Position numbers and translations under genes: made by a program. The notes below the pieces were generated by a model, which was not told where the DNA came from, did not search any database, and saw only the letters and a list, made by a program, of their open reading frames with translations. Shown here piece by piece: positions 29,501-43,400 of a stretch of 64,000 bases of DNA (within the stretch, counting starts at the first letter, position 1; each line of letters starts with the position of its first letter). Origin of the DNA: Bugula neritina (taxonomy: Eukaryota > Animalia > Bryozoa); assembly GCA_964035545.1 (NCBI GenBank), contig OZ037767.1:17667781-17731780 (forward strand). The letters are read 5' to 3'.

Positions 29501-32500
29501 TATATTCATATAATATCTCTAACTGTATATTATATTCATATACTATCTCTAACTGTATATTATATTCATATAATATCTCTAACTGTATATTATATTCATA
29601 TAGTATCTCTAACTGTATATTATATTCATATAATATCTCTAACTGTATATTATATTCATATAGTATCTCTAACAGTATATTATATTCATATAGTATATCT
29701 AACAGTATATTATATTCATATAATATCTCTAACAGTATATTATATTCATATAGTATCTCTAACTGTATATTATATTCATATAGTATATCTAACTGTATAT
29801 TATATTCATATAGTATATCTAACTGTATATTATATTCATATAGTATATCTAACAGTATATTATATTCATATAGTATATCTAACAGTATATTATATTCATA
29901 TAGTATCTCTAACAGTATATTATATTCATATAGTATATCTAACTGTATATTATATTCATATAGTATCTCTAACTGTATATTATATTCATATAGTATCTCT
30001 AACTGTATATTATATTCATATAATATCTCTAACTGTATATTATATTCATATAGTATCTCTAACTGTATATTATATTCATATAGTATATCTAACTGTATAT
30101 TATATTCATATAGTATATCTAACTGTATATTATATTCATATAGTATATCTAACAGTATATTATATTCATATAGTATATCTAACAGTATATTATATTCATA
30201 TAGTATCTCTAACTGTATATTATATTCATATAGTATATCTAACTGTATATTATATTCATATAGTATCTCTAACTGTATATTATATTCATATAGTATATCT
30301 AACTGTATATTATATTCATATAGTATCTCTAACAGTATATTATATTCATATAGTATCTCTAACTGTATATTATATTCATATAGTATATCTAACTGTATAT
30401 TATATTCATATAGTATCTCTAACTGTATATTATATTCATATAGTATATCTAACAGTATATTATATTCATATAGTATCTCTAACTGTATATTATATTCATA
30501 TAGTATATCTAACTGTATATTATATTCATATAATATATCTAACTGTATATTATATTCATATAGTATCTCTAACTGTATATTATATTCATATAGTATATCT
30601 AACAGTATATTATATTCATATAGTATCTCTAACTGTATATTATATTCATATAGTATATCTAACTGTATATTATATTCATATAATATATCTAACTGTATAT
30701 TATATTCATATAATATCTCTAACTGTATATTATATTCATATAGTATCTCTAGCAGTATATTATATTCATATAGTATATCTAACTGTATATTATATTCATA
30801 TAGTATATCTCTAACTGTATATTATATTCATATAGTATCTCTAACAGTATATTATATTCATATAGTATATCTAACTGTATATTATATTCATATAATATCT
30901 CTAACTGTATATTATATTCATATAGTATATCTAACTGTATATTATATTCATATAGTATCTCTAACTGTATATTATATTCATATAATATCTCTAACAGTAT
31001 ATTATATTCATATAGTATATCTAACTGTATATTATATTCATATAGTATATCTAACTGTATATTATATTCATATAATATCTCTAACTGTATATTATATTCA
31101 TATAGTATCTCTAGCAGTATATTATATTCATATAGTATATCTAACTGTATAATATATTCATATAGTATATCTAACGGTATATTATATTCATATAGTATAT
31201 CTAACTGTATATTATATTCATATAGTATCTCTAACAGTATATTATATTCATATAGTATATCTAACAGTATATTATATTCATATAATATCTCTAACAGTAT
31301 ATTATATTCATATAATATCTCTAACTGTATATTATATTCATATAGTATATCTAACTGTATATTATATTCATATAATATCTCTAACTGTATATTATATTCA
31401 TATAATATCTCTAGCAGTATATTATATTCATATAGTATCTCTAACTGTATATTATATTCATATAGTATATCTAACAGTATATTATATTCATATAGTATAT
31501 CTAACTGTATATTATATTCATATAGTATATCTAACTGTATATTATATTCATATAGTATCTCTAACTGTATATTATATTCATATAGTATATCTAACAGTAT
31601 ATTATATTCATATAATATCTCTAACAGTATATTATATTCATATAATATCTCTAACTGTATATTATATTCATATAGTATCTCTAACAGTATATTATATTCA
31701 TATAGTATATCTAACTGTATATTATATTCATATAATATCTCTAACTGTATATTATATTCATATAATATCTCTAGCAGTATATTATATTCATATAGTATAT
31801 CTAACTGTATATTATATTCATATAGTATCTCTAACTGTATATTATATTCATATAGTATATCTAACTGTATATTATATTCATATAGTATATCTAACTGTAT
31901 ATTATATTCATATAGTATATCTAACTGTATATTATATTCATATAGTATATCTAACTGTATATTATATTCATATAGTATCTCTAACTGTATATAATATTCA
32001 TATAATATCTCTAACAGTATATTATATTCATATAGTATATCTAACAGTATATTATATTCATATAGTATATCTAACTGTATATTATATTCATATAGTATAT
32101 CTAACTGTATATTATATTCATATAGTATATCTAACTGTATATTATATTCATATAGTATATCTAACTGTATATTATATTCATATAGTATCTCTAACTGTAT
32201 ATTATATTCATATAGTATCTCTAACTGTATATAATATTCATATAGTATATCTAACTGTATATTATATTCATATAATATCTCTAACTGTATATTATATTCA
32301 TATAGTATCTCTAACTGTATATTATATTCATATAGTATATCTCTAACTGTATATTATATTCATATAGTATATCTAACTGTATATTATATTCATATAGTAT
32401 CTCTAACTGTATATTATATTCATATAGTATATCTAACTGTATATTATATTCATATAGTATCTCTAACTGTATATTATATTCATATAGTATCTCTAACTGT

Positions 32501-35500
32501 ATATTATATTCATATAGTATATCTCTAACTGTATATTATATTCATATAGTATATCTAACTGTATATTATATTCATATAGTATATCTAACTGTATATTATA
32601 TTCATATAATATCTCTAACAGTATATTATATTCATATAGTATCTCTAACTGTATATTATATTCATATAGTATATCTAACTGTATATTATATTCATATAGT
32701 ATCTCTAACTGTATATTATATTCATATAGTATCTCTAACTGTATATTATATTCATATAGTATATCTAACTGTATATTATATTCATATAGTATATCTAACA
32801 GTATATTATATTCATATAGTATATCTAACAGTATATTATATTCATATAGTATCTCTAACTGTATATTATATTCATATAGTATATCTAACTGTATATTATA
32901 TTCATATAGTATCTCTAACAGTATATTATATTCATATAGTATCTCTAACTGTATATTATATTCATATAGTATATCTAACTGTATATTATATTCATATAGT
33001 ATATCTAACTGTATATTATATTCATATAGTATATCTAACTGTATATTATATTCATATAATATCTCTAACTGTATATTATATTCATATAGTATATCTAACT
33101 GTATATTATATTCATATAGTATCTCTAACTGTATATTATATTCATATAGTATCTCTAACAGTATATTATATTCATATAGTATATCTAACTGTATATTATA
33201 TTCATATAGTATATCTAACTGTATATTATATTCATATAGTATCTCTAACTGTATATTATATTCATATAGTATATCTAACTGTATATTATATTCATATAGT
33301 ATATCTAACAGTATATTATATTCATATAATATCTCTAACTGTATATTATATTCATATAATATCTCTAACTGTATATTATATTCATATAGTATATCTAACA
33401 GTATATTATATTCATATAGTATATCTAACTGTATATTATATTCATATAGTATCTCTAACTGTATATTATATTCATATAGTATCTCTAACTGTATATTATA
33501 TTCATATAGTATATCTAACTGTATATTATATTCATATAGTATCTCTAACTGTATATTATATTCATATAGTATCTCTAACTGTATATTATATTCATATAGT
33601 ATCTCTAACAGTATATTATATTCATATAGTATCTCTAACTGTATATTATATTCATATAATATATCTAACTGTATATTATATTCATATAATATCTCTAACT
33701 GTATATTATATTCATATAGTATATCTAACTGTATATTATATTCATATAGTATCTAACTGTATATTATATTCATATAATATCTCTAACTGTATATTATATT
33801 CATATAGTATATCTAACAGTATATTATATTCATATAATATCTCTAACAGTATATTATATTCATATAATATCTCTAACTGTATATTATATTCATATAGTAT
33901 CTCTAACAGTATATTATATTCATATAGTATATCTAACTGTATATTATATTCATATAATATCTCTAACTGTATATTATATTCATATAATATCTCTAGCAGT
34001 ATATTATATTCATATAGTATATCTAACTGTATATTATATTCATATAGTATCTCTAACTGTATATTATATTCATATAGTATATCTAACTGTATATTATATT
34101 CATATAGTATATCTAACTGTATATTATATTCATATAGTATATCTAACTGTATATTATATTCATATAGTATATCTAACTGTATATTATATTCATATAGTAT
34201 CTCTAACTGTATATAATATTCATATAATATCTCTAACAGTATATTATATTCATATAGTATATCTAACAGTATATTATATTCATATAGTATATCTAACTGT
34301 ATATTATATTCATATAGTATATCTAACTGTATATTATATTCATATAGTATATCTAACTGTATATTATATTCATATAGTATATCTAGCTGTATATTATATT
34401 CATATAGTATCTCTAACTGTATATTATATTCATATAGTATCTCTAACTGTATATAATATTCATATAGTATATCTAACTGTATATTATATTCATATAATAT
34501 CTCTAACTGTATATTATATTCATATAGTATCTCTAACTGTATATTATATTCATATAGTATATCTCTAACTGTATATTATATTCATATAGTATATCTAACT
34601 GTATATTATATTCATATAGTATCTCTAACTGTATATTATATTCATATAGTATATCTAACTGTATATTATATTCATATAGTATCTCTAACTGTATATTATA
34701 TTCATATAGTATCTCTAACTGTATATTATATTCATATAGTATATCTCTAACTGTATATTATATTCATATAGTATATCTAACTGTATATTATATTCATATA
34801 GTATATCTAACTGTATATTATATTCATATAATATCTCTAACAGTATATTATATTCATATAGTATCTCTAACTGTATATTATATTCATATAGTATATCTAA
34901 CTGTATATTATATTCATATAGTATCTCTAACTGTATATTATATTCATATAGTATCTCTAACTGTATATTATATTCATATAGTATATCTAACTGTATATTA
35001 TATTCATATAGTATATCTAACAGTATATTATATTCATATAGTATATCTAACAGTATATTATATTCATATAGTATCTCTAACTGTATATTATATTCATATA
35101 GTATATCTAACTGTATATTATATTCATATAGTATCTCTAACAGTATATTATATTCATATAGTATCTCTAACTGTATATTATATTCATATAGTATATCTAA
35201 CTGTATATTATATTCATATAGTATATCTAACTGTATATTATATTCATATAGTATATCTAACTGTATATTATATTCATATAATATCTCTAACTGTATATTA
35301 TATTCATATAGTATATCTAACTGTATATTATATTCATATAGTATCTCTAACTGTATATTATATTCATATAGTATCTCTAACAGTATATTATATTCATATA
35401 GTATATCTAACTGTATATTATATTCATATAGTATATCTAACTGTATATTATATTCATATAGTATCTCTAACTGTATATTATATTCATATAGTATATCTAA

Positions 35501-38500
35501 CTGTATATTATATTCATATAGTATATCTAACAGTATATTATATTCATATAATATCTCTAACTGTATATTATATTCATATAATATCTCTAACTGTATATTA
35601 TATTCATATAGTATATCTAACAGTATATTATATTCATATAGTATATCTAACTGTATATTATATTCATATAGTATCTCTAACTGTATATTATATTCATATA
35701 GTATCTCTAACTGTATATTATATTCATATAGTATATCTAACTGTATATTATATTCATATAGTATCTCTAACTGTATATTATATTCATATAGTATCTCTAA
35801 CTGTATATTATATTCATATAGTATCTCTAACAGTATATTATATTCATATAGTATCTCTAACTGTATATTATATTCATATAATATATCTAACTGTATATTA
35901 TATTCATATAATATCTCTAACTGTATATTATATTCATATAGTATATCTAACTGTATATTATATTCATATAGTATATCTAACTGTATATTATATTCATATA
36001 GTATCTCTAACTGTATATTATATTCATATAGTATCTCTAACAGTATATTATATTCATATAATATATCTAACTGTATATTATATTCATATAGTATCTCTAA
36101 CTGTATATTATATTCATATAGTATCTAACTGTATATTATATTCATATAATATCTCTAACTGTATATTATATTCATATAGTATCTCTAACTGTATATTATA
36201 TTCATATAGTATCTCTAACTGTATATTATATTCATATAGTATCTCTAACTGTATATTATATTCATATAGTATATCTAACTGTATATTATATTCATATAGT
36301 ATATCTAACTGTATATTATATTCATATAGTATCTCTAACTGTATATTATATTCATATAGTATCTCTAACTGTATATTATATTCATATAGTATATCTAACT
36401 GTATATTATATTCATATAGTATCTCTAACTGTATATTATATTCATATAGTATATCTCTAACAGTATATTATATTCATATAATATATCTAACTGTATATTA
36501 TATTCATATAGTATCTCTAACTGTATATTATATTCATATAGTATCTCTAACTGTATATTATATTCATATAGTATCTCTAACAGTATATTATATTCATATA
36601 GTATATCTAACTGTATATTATATTCATATAGTATCTCTAACTGTATATTATATTCATATAGTATCTAACTGTATATTATATTCATATAATATCTCTAACT
36701 GTATATTATATTCATATAGTTTCTCTAACTGTATATTATATTCATATAGTATATCTAACTGTATATTATATTCATATAGTATCTCTAACTGTATATTATA
36801 TTCATATAGTATCTCTAACTGTATATTATATTCATATAGTATATCTAACTGTATATTATATCCATATAGTATCTCTAACAGTATATTATATTCATATAGT
36901 ATATCTAACTGTATATTATATTCATATAGTATATCTAACAGTATATTATATTCATATAGTATCTCTAACAGTATATTATATTCATATAGTATATCTAACT
37001 GTATATTATATTCATATAGTATCTCTAACTGTATATTATATTCATATAGTATATCTAACTGTATATTATATTCATATAGTATATCTAACTGTATATTATA
37101 TTCATATAGTATATCTAACTGTATATTATATTCATATAGTATCTCTAACTGTATATTATATTCATATAGTATCTCTAACTGTATATTATATTCATATAGT
37201 ATCTCTAACTGTATATTATATTCATATAGTATCTCTAACTGTATATTATATTCATATAGTATCTCTAGCAGTATATTATATTCATATAGTATATCTAACT
37301 GTATATTATATTAATATAGTATATCTAACTGTATATTATATTCATATAGTATCTCTAACTGTATATTATATTCATATAGTATCTCTAACTGTATATTATA
37401 TTCATATAGTATCTCTAACTGTATATTATATTCATATAGTATCTCTAACTGTATATTATATTCATATAGTATATCTAACTGTATATTATATTCATATAGT
37501 ATCTCTAACAGTATATTATATTCATATAGTATCTCTAGCTGTATATTATATTCATATAGTATCTCTAACTGTATATTATATTCATATAATATATCTAACT
37601 GTATAATATATTCATATAGTATCTCTAACTGTATATTATATTCATATAGTATCTAACTGTATATTATATTCATATAGTATATCTAACTGTATATTATATT
37701 CATATAGTATATCTAACTGTATATTATATTCATATAGTATCTCTAACAGTATATTATATTCATATAGTATCTCTAACTGTATATTATATTCATATAGTAT
37801 CTCTAACTGTATATTATATTCATATAGTATCTCTAACTGTATATTATATTCATATAGTATATCTAACTGTATATTATATTCATATAGTATCTCTAACTGT
37901 ATATTATATTCATATAGTATCTCTAACTGTATATTATATTCATATAGTATATCTAACTGTATATTATATTCATATAGTATCTCTAACTGTATATTATATT
38001 CATATAGTATATCTAACTGTATATTATATTCATATAGTATCTCTAACTGTATATTATATTCATATAGTATCTCTAACTGTATATTATATTCATATAGTAT
38101 ATCTAACTGTATATTATATTCATATAGTATCTCTAACTGTATATTATATTCATATAGTATCTCTAACTGTATATTATATTCATATAGTATCTCTAACTGT
38201 ATATTATATTCATATAGTATCTCTAACTGTATATTATATTCATATAGTATATCTAACTGTATATTATATTCATATAATATATCTAACTGTATATTATATT
38301 CATATAGTATCTCTAACTGTATATTATATTCATATAGTATATCTAACTGTATATTATATTCATATAGTATCTCTAACTGTATATTATATTCATATAGTAT
38401 CTCTAACTGTATATTATATTCATATAGTATCTCTAACAGTATATTATATTCATATAGTATCTAACTGTATATTATATTCATATAGTATATCTAACTGTAT

Positions 38501-39330
38501 ATTATATTCATATAGTATCTCTAACTGTATATTATATTCATATAGTATCTCTAACTGTATATTATATTCATATAGTATATCTAACTGTATATTATATTCA
38601 TATAATATATCTAACAGTATATTATATTCATATAGTATCTCTAACTGTATATTATATTCATATAGTATATCTAACAGTATATTATATAATCATGTAGCAT
38701 TACTATAGCCTGACTTCCCAGCCACAACTGCTGATTGTATTTCAGGAGGCCAACTTCACCGTCTCCTCAATGCACGGAGACATGCCCCAGAAAGAGCGCG
38801 AGGCTATCATGAAGGAGTTCAGGTCTGGTGCCTCCCGAGTGCTCATCACAACCGACGTGTGGGCGCGAGGTCTGGACGTGCAGCAAGTCTCTCTCGTCAT
38901 CAACTACGACCTCCCCAACAACAGAGAGCTCTACATCCACAGGATTGGTAGATCCGGTAGATTCGGCAGGAAGGGTGTGGCTATCAACTTCGTGAAATCC
39001 GATGACATCAGAATATTGAGAGATATTGAGCAATACTACTCTACCCAGATAGACGAGATGCCAATGAACGGTTAGTACTAGTGGTAGTAGTAGTGGTAGT
39101 AGTAGTACTAGTAGTAGTTGTAGTGGTAGTAGTAGTACTAGTAGTAGTAGTAGTAGTACTAGTAGCAGTAGTAGTAGTAGTACTAGTAGTAATAGAAGTA
39201 GTAGTGGTAGTAGTACTAGTAGTAATAGAAGTAGTAGTGGTAGTAATAGTAGTAGTAGGAGTAGTAGTAGTAGTGGTAGTAGTAGTAGTAGTACTAGTAG
39301 TAGTAGTAGTAGTAGTTGTAGTTGTAATAA

Positions 39331-39369
<39 letters not shown>

Positions 39370-39534
39370 CAGTAGTAGTAGTAGTGGTGGTGGTAGCAGT
39401 AGGAGTAGTAGTACTAGTAGTAGTAGTACTAGTAGTAGTGGTAGTAGTAGTACTAGTAGTAATAGAAGTAGTAGTGGTAGTAGTATTGGAACTTTATGGT
39501 ATATTTCCTTGTTGTAGTGGCCGATCTCATTTAA
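23539..39534 (+). CDS. EIF4A3: Eukaryotic initiation factor 4A-III (exon junction complex DEAD-box helicase), 403 aa. Exons: 23539-23683, 24507-24579, 24663-24792, 24885-25240, 25527-25692, 38746-39070, 39518-39534
   Basis: [122 protein letters not shown] and C-terminal DEMPMNVADLI* are diagnostic of eIF4A3; exon lengths sum to 1212 nt. Confidence 0.98.
25251..25513. repeat. Intronic 31-bp minisatellite (GTATTACATCACTCCTTCTTGTGTACTCCAC)
   Basis: About 8 copies in eIF4A3 intron 4. Confidence 0.92.
25693..38690. repeat. 13-kb satellite array of a 30-bp unit (GTATATCTAACTGTATATTATATTCATATA), roughly 430 copies, occupying eIF4A3 intron 5
   Basis: Begins exactly at the donor GT (25693); highly homogeneous, with a few SNV variants and occasional 28/32-bp units. 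Confidence 0.98.
39073..39485. repeat. (GTA)n-derived imperfect microsatellite in eIF4A3 intron 6
   Basis: Directly visible; similar arrays occur at 45352-45700 and 47075-47315. Confidence 0.92.
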
Positions 39535-39542
39535 GCTGGACG

Positions 39543-39648
39543 CTACAGACACTACAGTGACTACAGACACTACAGTGACTACAGACACTACAGTGACTAC
39601 AGACACTACAGTGACTACAGACACTACAGTGGCTGCAGACACTACAGT
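39543..39648. repeat. 18-bp repeat (CTACAGACACTACAGTGA) in the eIF4A3 3' UTR
   Basis: About 6 copies beginning 9 nt after the stop codon. Confidence 0.88.
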
Positions 39649-40494
39649 GGTGTTTCTCTGTAACACATATTTTGTTGCATCATGTTTTGTCTTTTCCAAC
39701 TTACCTGTATATTACCTGTATATAATTTCATTTAATATATGAGTATTACCTGATTACCTATATAACCTATTGACTGTTTCCTCCAACACTACTGCATTCA
39801 TCCAACACCAACTAAAAGCTACCAAGCTCTGGCTGTACACACAATAACAAGAGTAAAAGTACCACTTCTATTTACTTGATTAAGTGACTCTGTCATGTAG
39901 TAGCTTAGTTAATGGAGTATATCTTAGCTACATCATCCACACTCTACAGGATACTTTAGAGTTGTCCGCTCAAACGAGTTGGCCCTCTAATCCGTGGTAT
40001 CATAAAACTAATAGTTCTTACAGCTCACTTTCATTGCCTGCTATTCTCAGGTGTTGTTACACATAGCTTAATCACTGAGCTGGCTTAAAAGTTTAAAGCT
40101 TCAAGTTGTTGCTAGAAGCCATACTTGCAGATGCTATATAGATGCAGATACTATACAAGTAGACCTTAGATATCCTGCATTCAGCATAGGAGTAGGTATA
40201 GTCCATGCTTACACAATGGCATACTATGTTCAATAGAATGCATCCTCCCTAATCCCTGCTCTCTATAACAACTATACTCTGCTGTCTGTACTGATTAAAT
40301 ACTAATTATACTTACGCTATTCAATTTCACTCATCAGCTTAGCTGCCACTTTAAAATAACATTTCATTAACTTGAGGCAGTCATTCCATGTTCGTTGTTG
40401 CTGTTCGTGTCATATTTACTGCTGCTATCAGCTGTCGCAGCTGGCAAATAATGATCAACTGGTCATAACGAGACACCAAATCTGAAAACAGAAC

Positions 40495-43400
40495 ATGGCG
40501 GATGATGAAACATTTGAGGATGGGCAGGGGTCCCACGTCTCAGTAAATATACTCTAGTAACAGTAATATACTCTAGTAACAGTAATATACTCTAGTGATA
40601 GTAATATTCTGTAGTAACAGTAATATACTCTAGTAATAGTAATATACTCTAGTAACAGTAATATACTCTAGTAACAGTAATATACTCTAGTAACAGTAAT
40701 ATACTCTAGTACCAAGTAACATACTGTAGTGATAGCAATAATATACCATAATACTTGCAGAAAGATTATCACCTCAGAAGACCCTCTATAAATGCTGGAA
40801 GAGGGAGGAGGCCTTCCAGAGGTTCCATAGCTTTGGAATTATCAGCAGAATTTCCTTCATTCAACGGGCGTGGACGTAGACCTTCTATTAGTCCGTAAGT
40901 TGAACGCACGCACGCACGCATACAGTAGACGAGTCATATGTTTTTGCCTTGAGTTGTTCTCTCTTGAAAACGTACACGCAACAGCCATTAGTTGACTCGC
41001 TGTTATTATAGCTAGGTAACAGCCTTTGGGTAACAGTCATTTTATAAAGTAAATGACTGTATACACGAACGAGAATAGTTTTTCGTATTTTACCATTTTA
41101 AAAGAATAAAATACAAATAATTAATTAAACTTTTTGAAGCAAACGTTGTTAGGCAAAATTATATTTTGCGTAGAAGTTCTATTGTTATTACTTCTATAGT
41201 CTATTTGATTGAAACCATGCTAAACCTGAGCATAATGATAATCATAATGATAATGATTATGATCGCAATCGCAATGACAATCACTGAATCAGTATGAGTA
41301 TTACCATCTTGATATTCATATTGGAGTTGTACTCAATTTTAACGAAACTAATTTATCAGTTTAAATTTGTTTTAAATTAAATATGTTGAGTATCAGTATA
41401 TGAAAAAGCCCTTGTTTTATTGAATAGTTGCATTTTCGTATGTAAACTTAAAGCTCAAGTTGAAGTTGACATGTTCAAGCCACTAGCCAGGGTCACAAGT
41501 ACCAGTACTACTACTACTGCTATTACTACTACTACTACTATTACTACTAGTAGTAGTAGAACAACACAAGAATTTTAATGTATGAAAAAAACAAACTAGG
41601 TTGTTGATTTAAATTATAATGCCCAATAACTTAGATATACTATTTAAAGAGTTATGCAATATGAAGATAAGTTTAAGGCTAACTAAGATCAATTTTTATG
41701 ATAAGTTATTAATATTTTTAGTCAGTAGTATGACCATAGCCATAAATGTGACTTTTATGCTAAGTATAATTTCTTACGCTAGTAATTTTAAGCATTAGTT
41801 ATTCTTTTAAAACAACATTGTTTTTATATTTGTTATCTAATATTTTTAAAGGTTGTCAACTTAGAACGCTTTTCGTAGTATGAAGATGGTGACTGTTTTT
41901 ACCAAAATATTTTACAGTTAATGTTATTACTACTACTTCTACTTTTAGTTGGTGTGTTTTATTGAATTAATTTCAACAACTTTTTAAACTACTCCACCAT
42001 GCACCTTCTTCTAACATAATACACATATTGAATGAAATATCAGATAACATCAGGTTTTAATTAAATGAACATATTATGTTGACTTGATGGTGATGTGACA
42101 ATGCTTTTGTGAATGTAGTACATACTTTTCTGTAGCTCATTAAATTTTTATGTACAATAAAATATATCCGGCATAATTATAATATGTATACCAACAAAGT
42201 ATGTATAATAATGATCATATAATGTTGTGTTATTTTATATGGCATTATAAGATGTTATGTTCTATGGCATTATATAATGTTATATAAGTAGGAATACAGT
42301 GTTATATAATACTTTTAGTAACAACAAGAAGTTGTTAAACAAGATGGGTAAGAAAGTGGAGAGGCAAAAGACTGAGAAGAATTCACCTAGCAGTCACCAT
42401 GACAACGTGGATGAAGGAAGCAAATCTCCTGGTATTATAGATATATATAGATATATAGCCACACTTTACTGTAGTCATAATTGTGGTCTTTCTTTGCATA
42501 ACCTCTTCTATAGCATTTATTTTATTAACATTTTAGCGAACAAGCATGGTAAGATCTAATATGCCATCACATCAATGTTTGAAACAATAAGCATATGCAT
42601 ACACACAATAAGCATATGCATACACACAATATGTTTTATGCATACAATTTTTTTGTAAGTAAAAAAGCTTGCCTTCCATTCTTTCTACGCTTTCAACCAA
42701 ATACACACAACTATTATTTTATATTGCATGCTATGCAGTAAGACACTCACGTTGTCTTTCGGCTAAGATGCTACATTATTTGGAGTTATCTTGCTTTGCA
42801 CATGTTGCACATTTTCTACTCTTCTGCGAGTCTCTGCTTGTGAAAGTTCTAGCTCTGTCTCTACGTCGTGTAAACTGGCACTTAATTGCTTGGAAATGGA
42901 ACAGGGGACAGATGGATTTTCCGATCTATTGTGGCCTAAACGTCTATATGACTCGGGCTGCTCTGGTGCTGAAGGTTGCTGTGGGTTCGGTACAATCTGG
43001 CTGGTTATCGTGACACGACGTTGTACTTGACTGTTGCAGAGCCATACGTCTGCACGGGGAAGTTTCTAGATGACTTCAGTGAGTTGTGCAGCAGAGCGAG
43101 TTTGCTCTACACGCCCAGTATTGTGAACAGAGCTAAGCGTCCAGGGACGCCTCCACCACCCCCTGAAGCCAAACCAGAGAAGGGAAGTAAGTTTACAGTC
43201 TAGAATATAGATCAAGTTGTTTTGTTAGAAGCAGTAAATCACATTACTATAAGTTTGTCAGCCATGCAGTGCTTCAGCATATCTCTTGGGAATTTGTTAA
43301 TAGGTAAAGAGAAGGCAAAGAAAGGGGCGGAGCCTGTTGTTGCTCCGCCTCCTGAACCTGAGACACTCACAGAGGAAGGGGAGCCCCCGGAGCCCCCTCC

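Noticed and set aside
25693-38690. CRISPR-like array of 30-bp repeats
   Set aside because: Head-to-tail repeats with no unique spacers, no cas genes, and a eukaryotic intron context.
39081-39699. Poly-Val and poly-Leu ORFs (also 45394-45711 and 47078-47323)
   Set aside because: (GTA)n microsatellites in introns.
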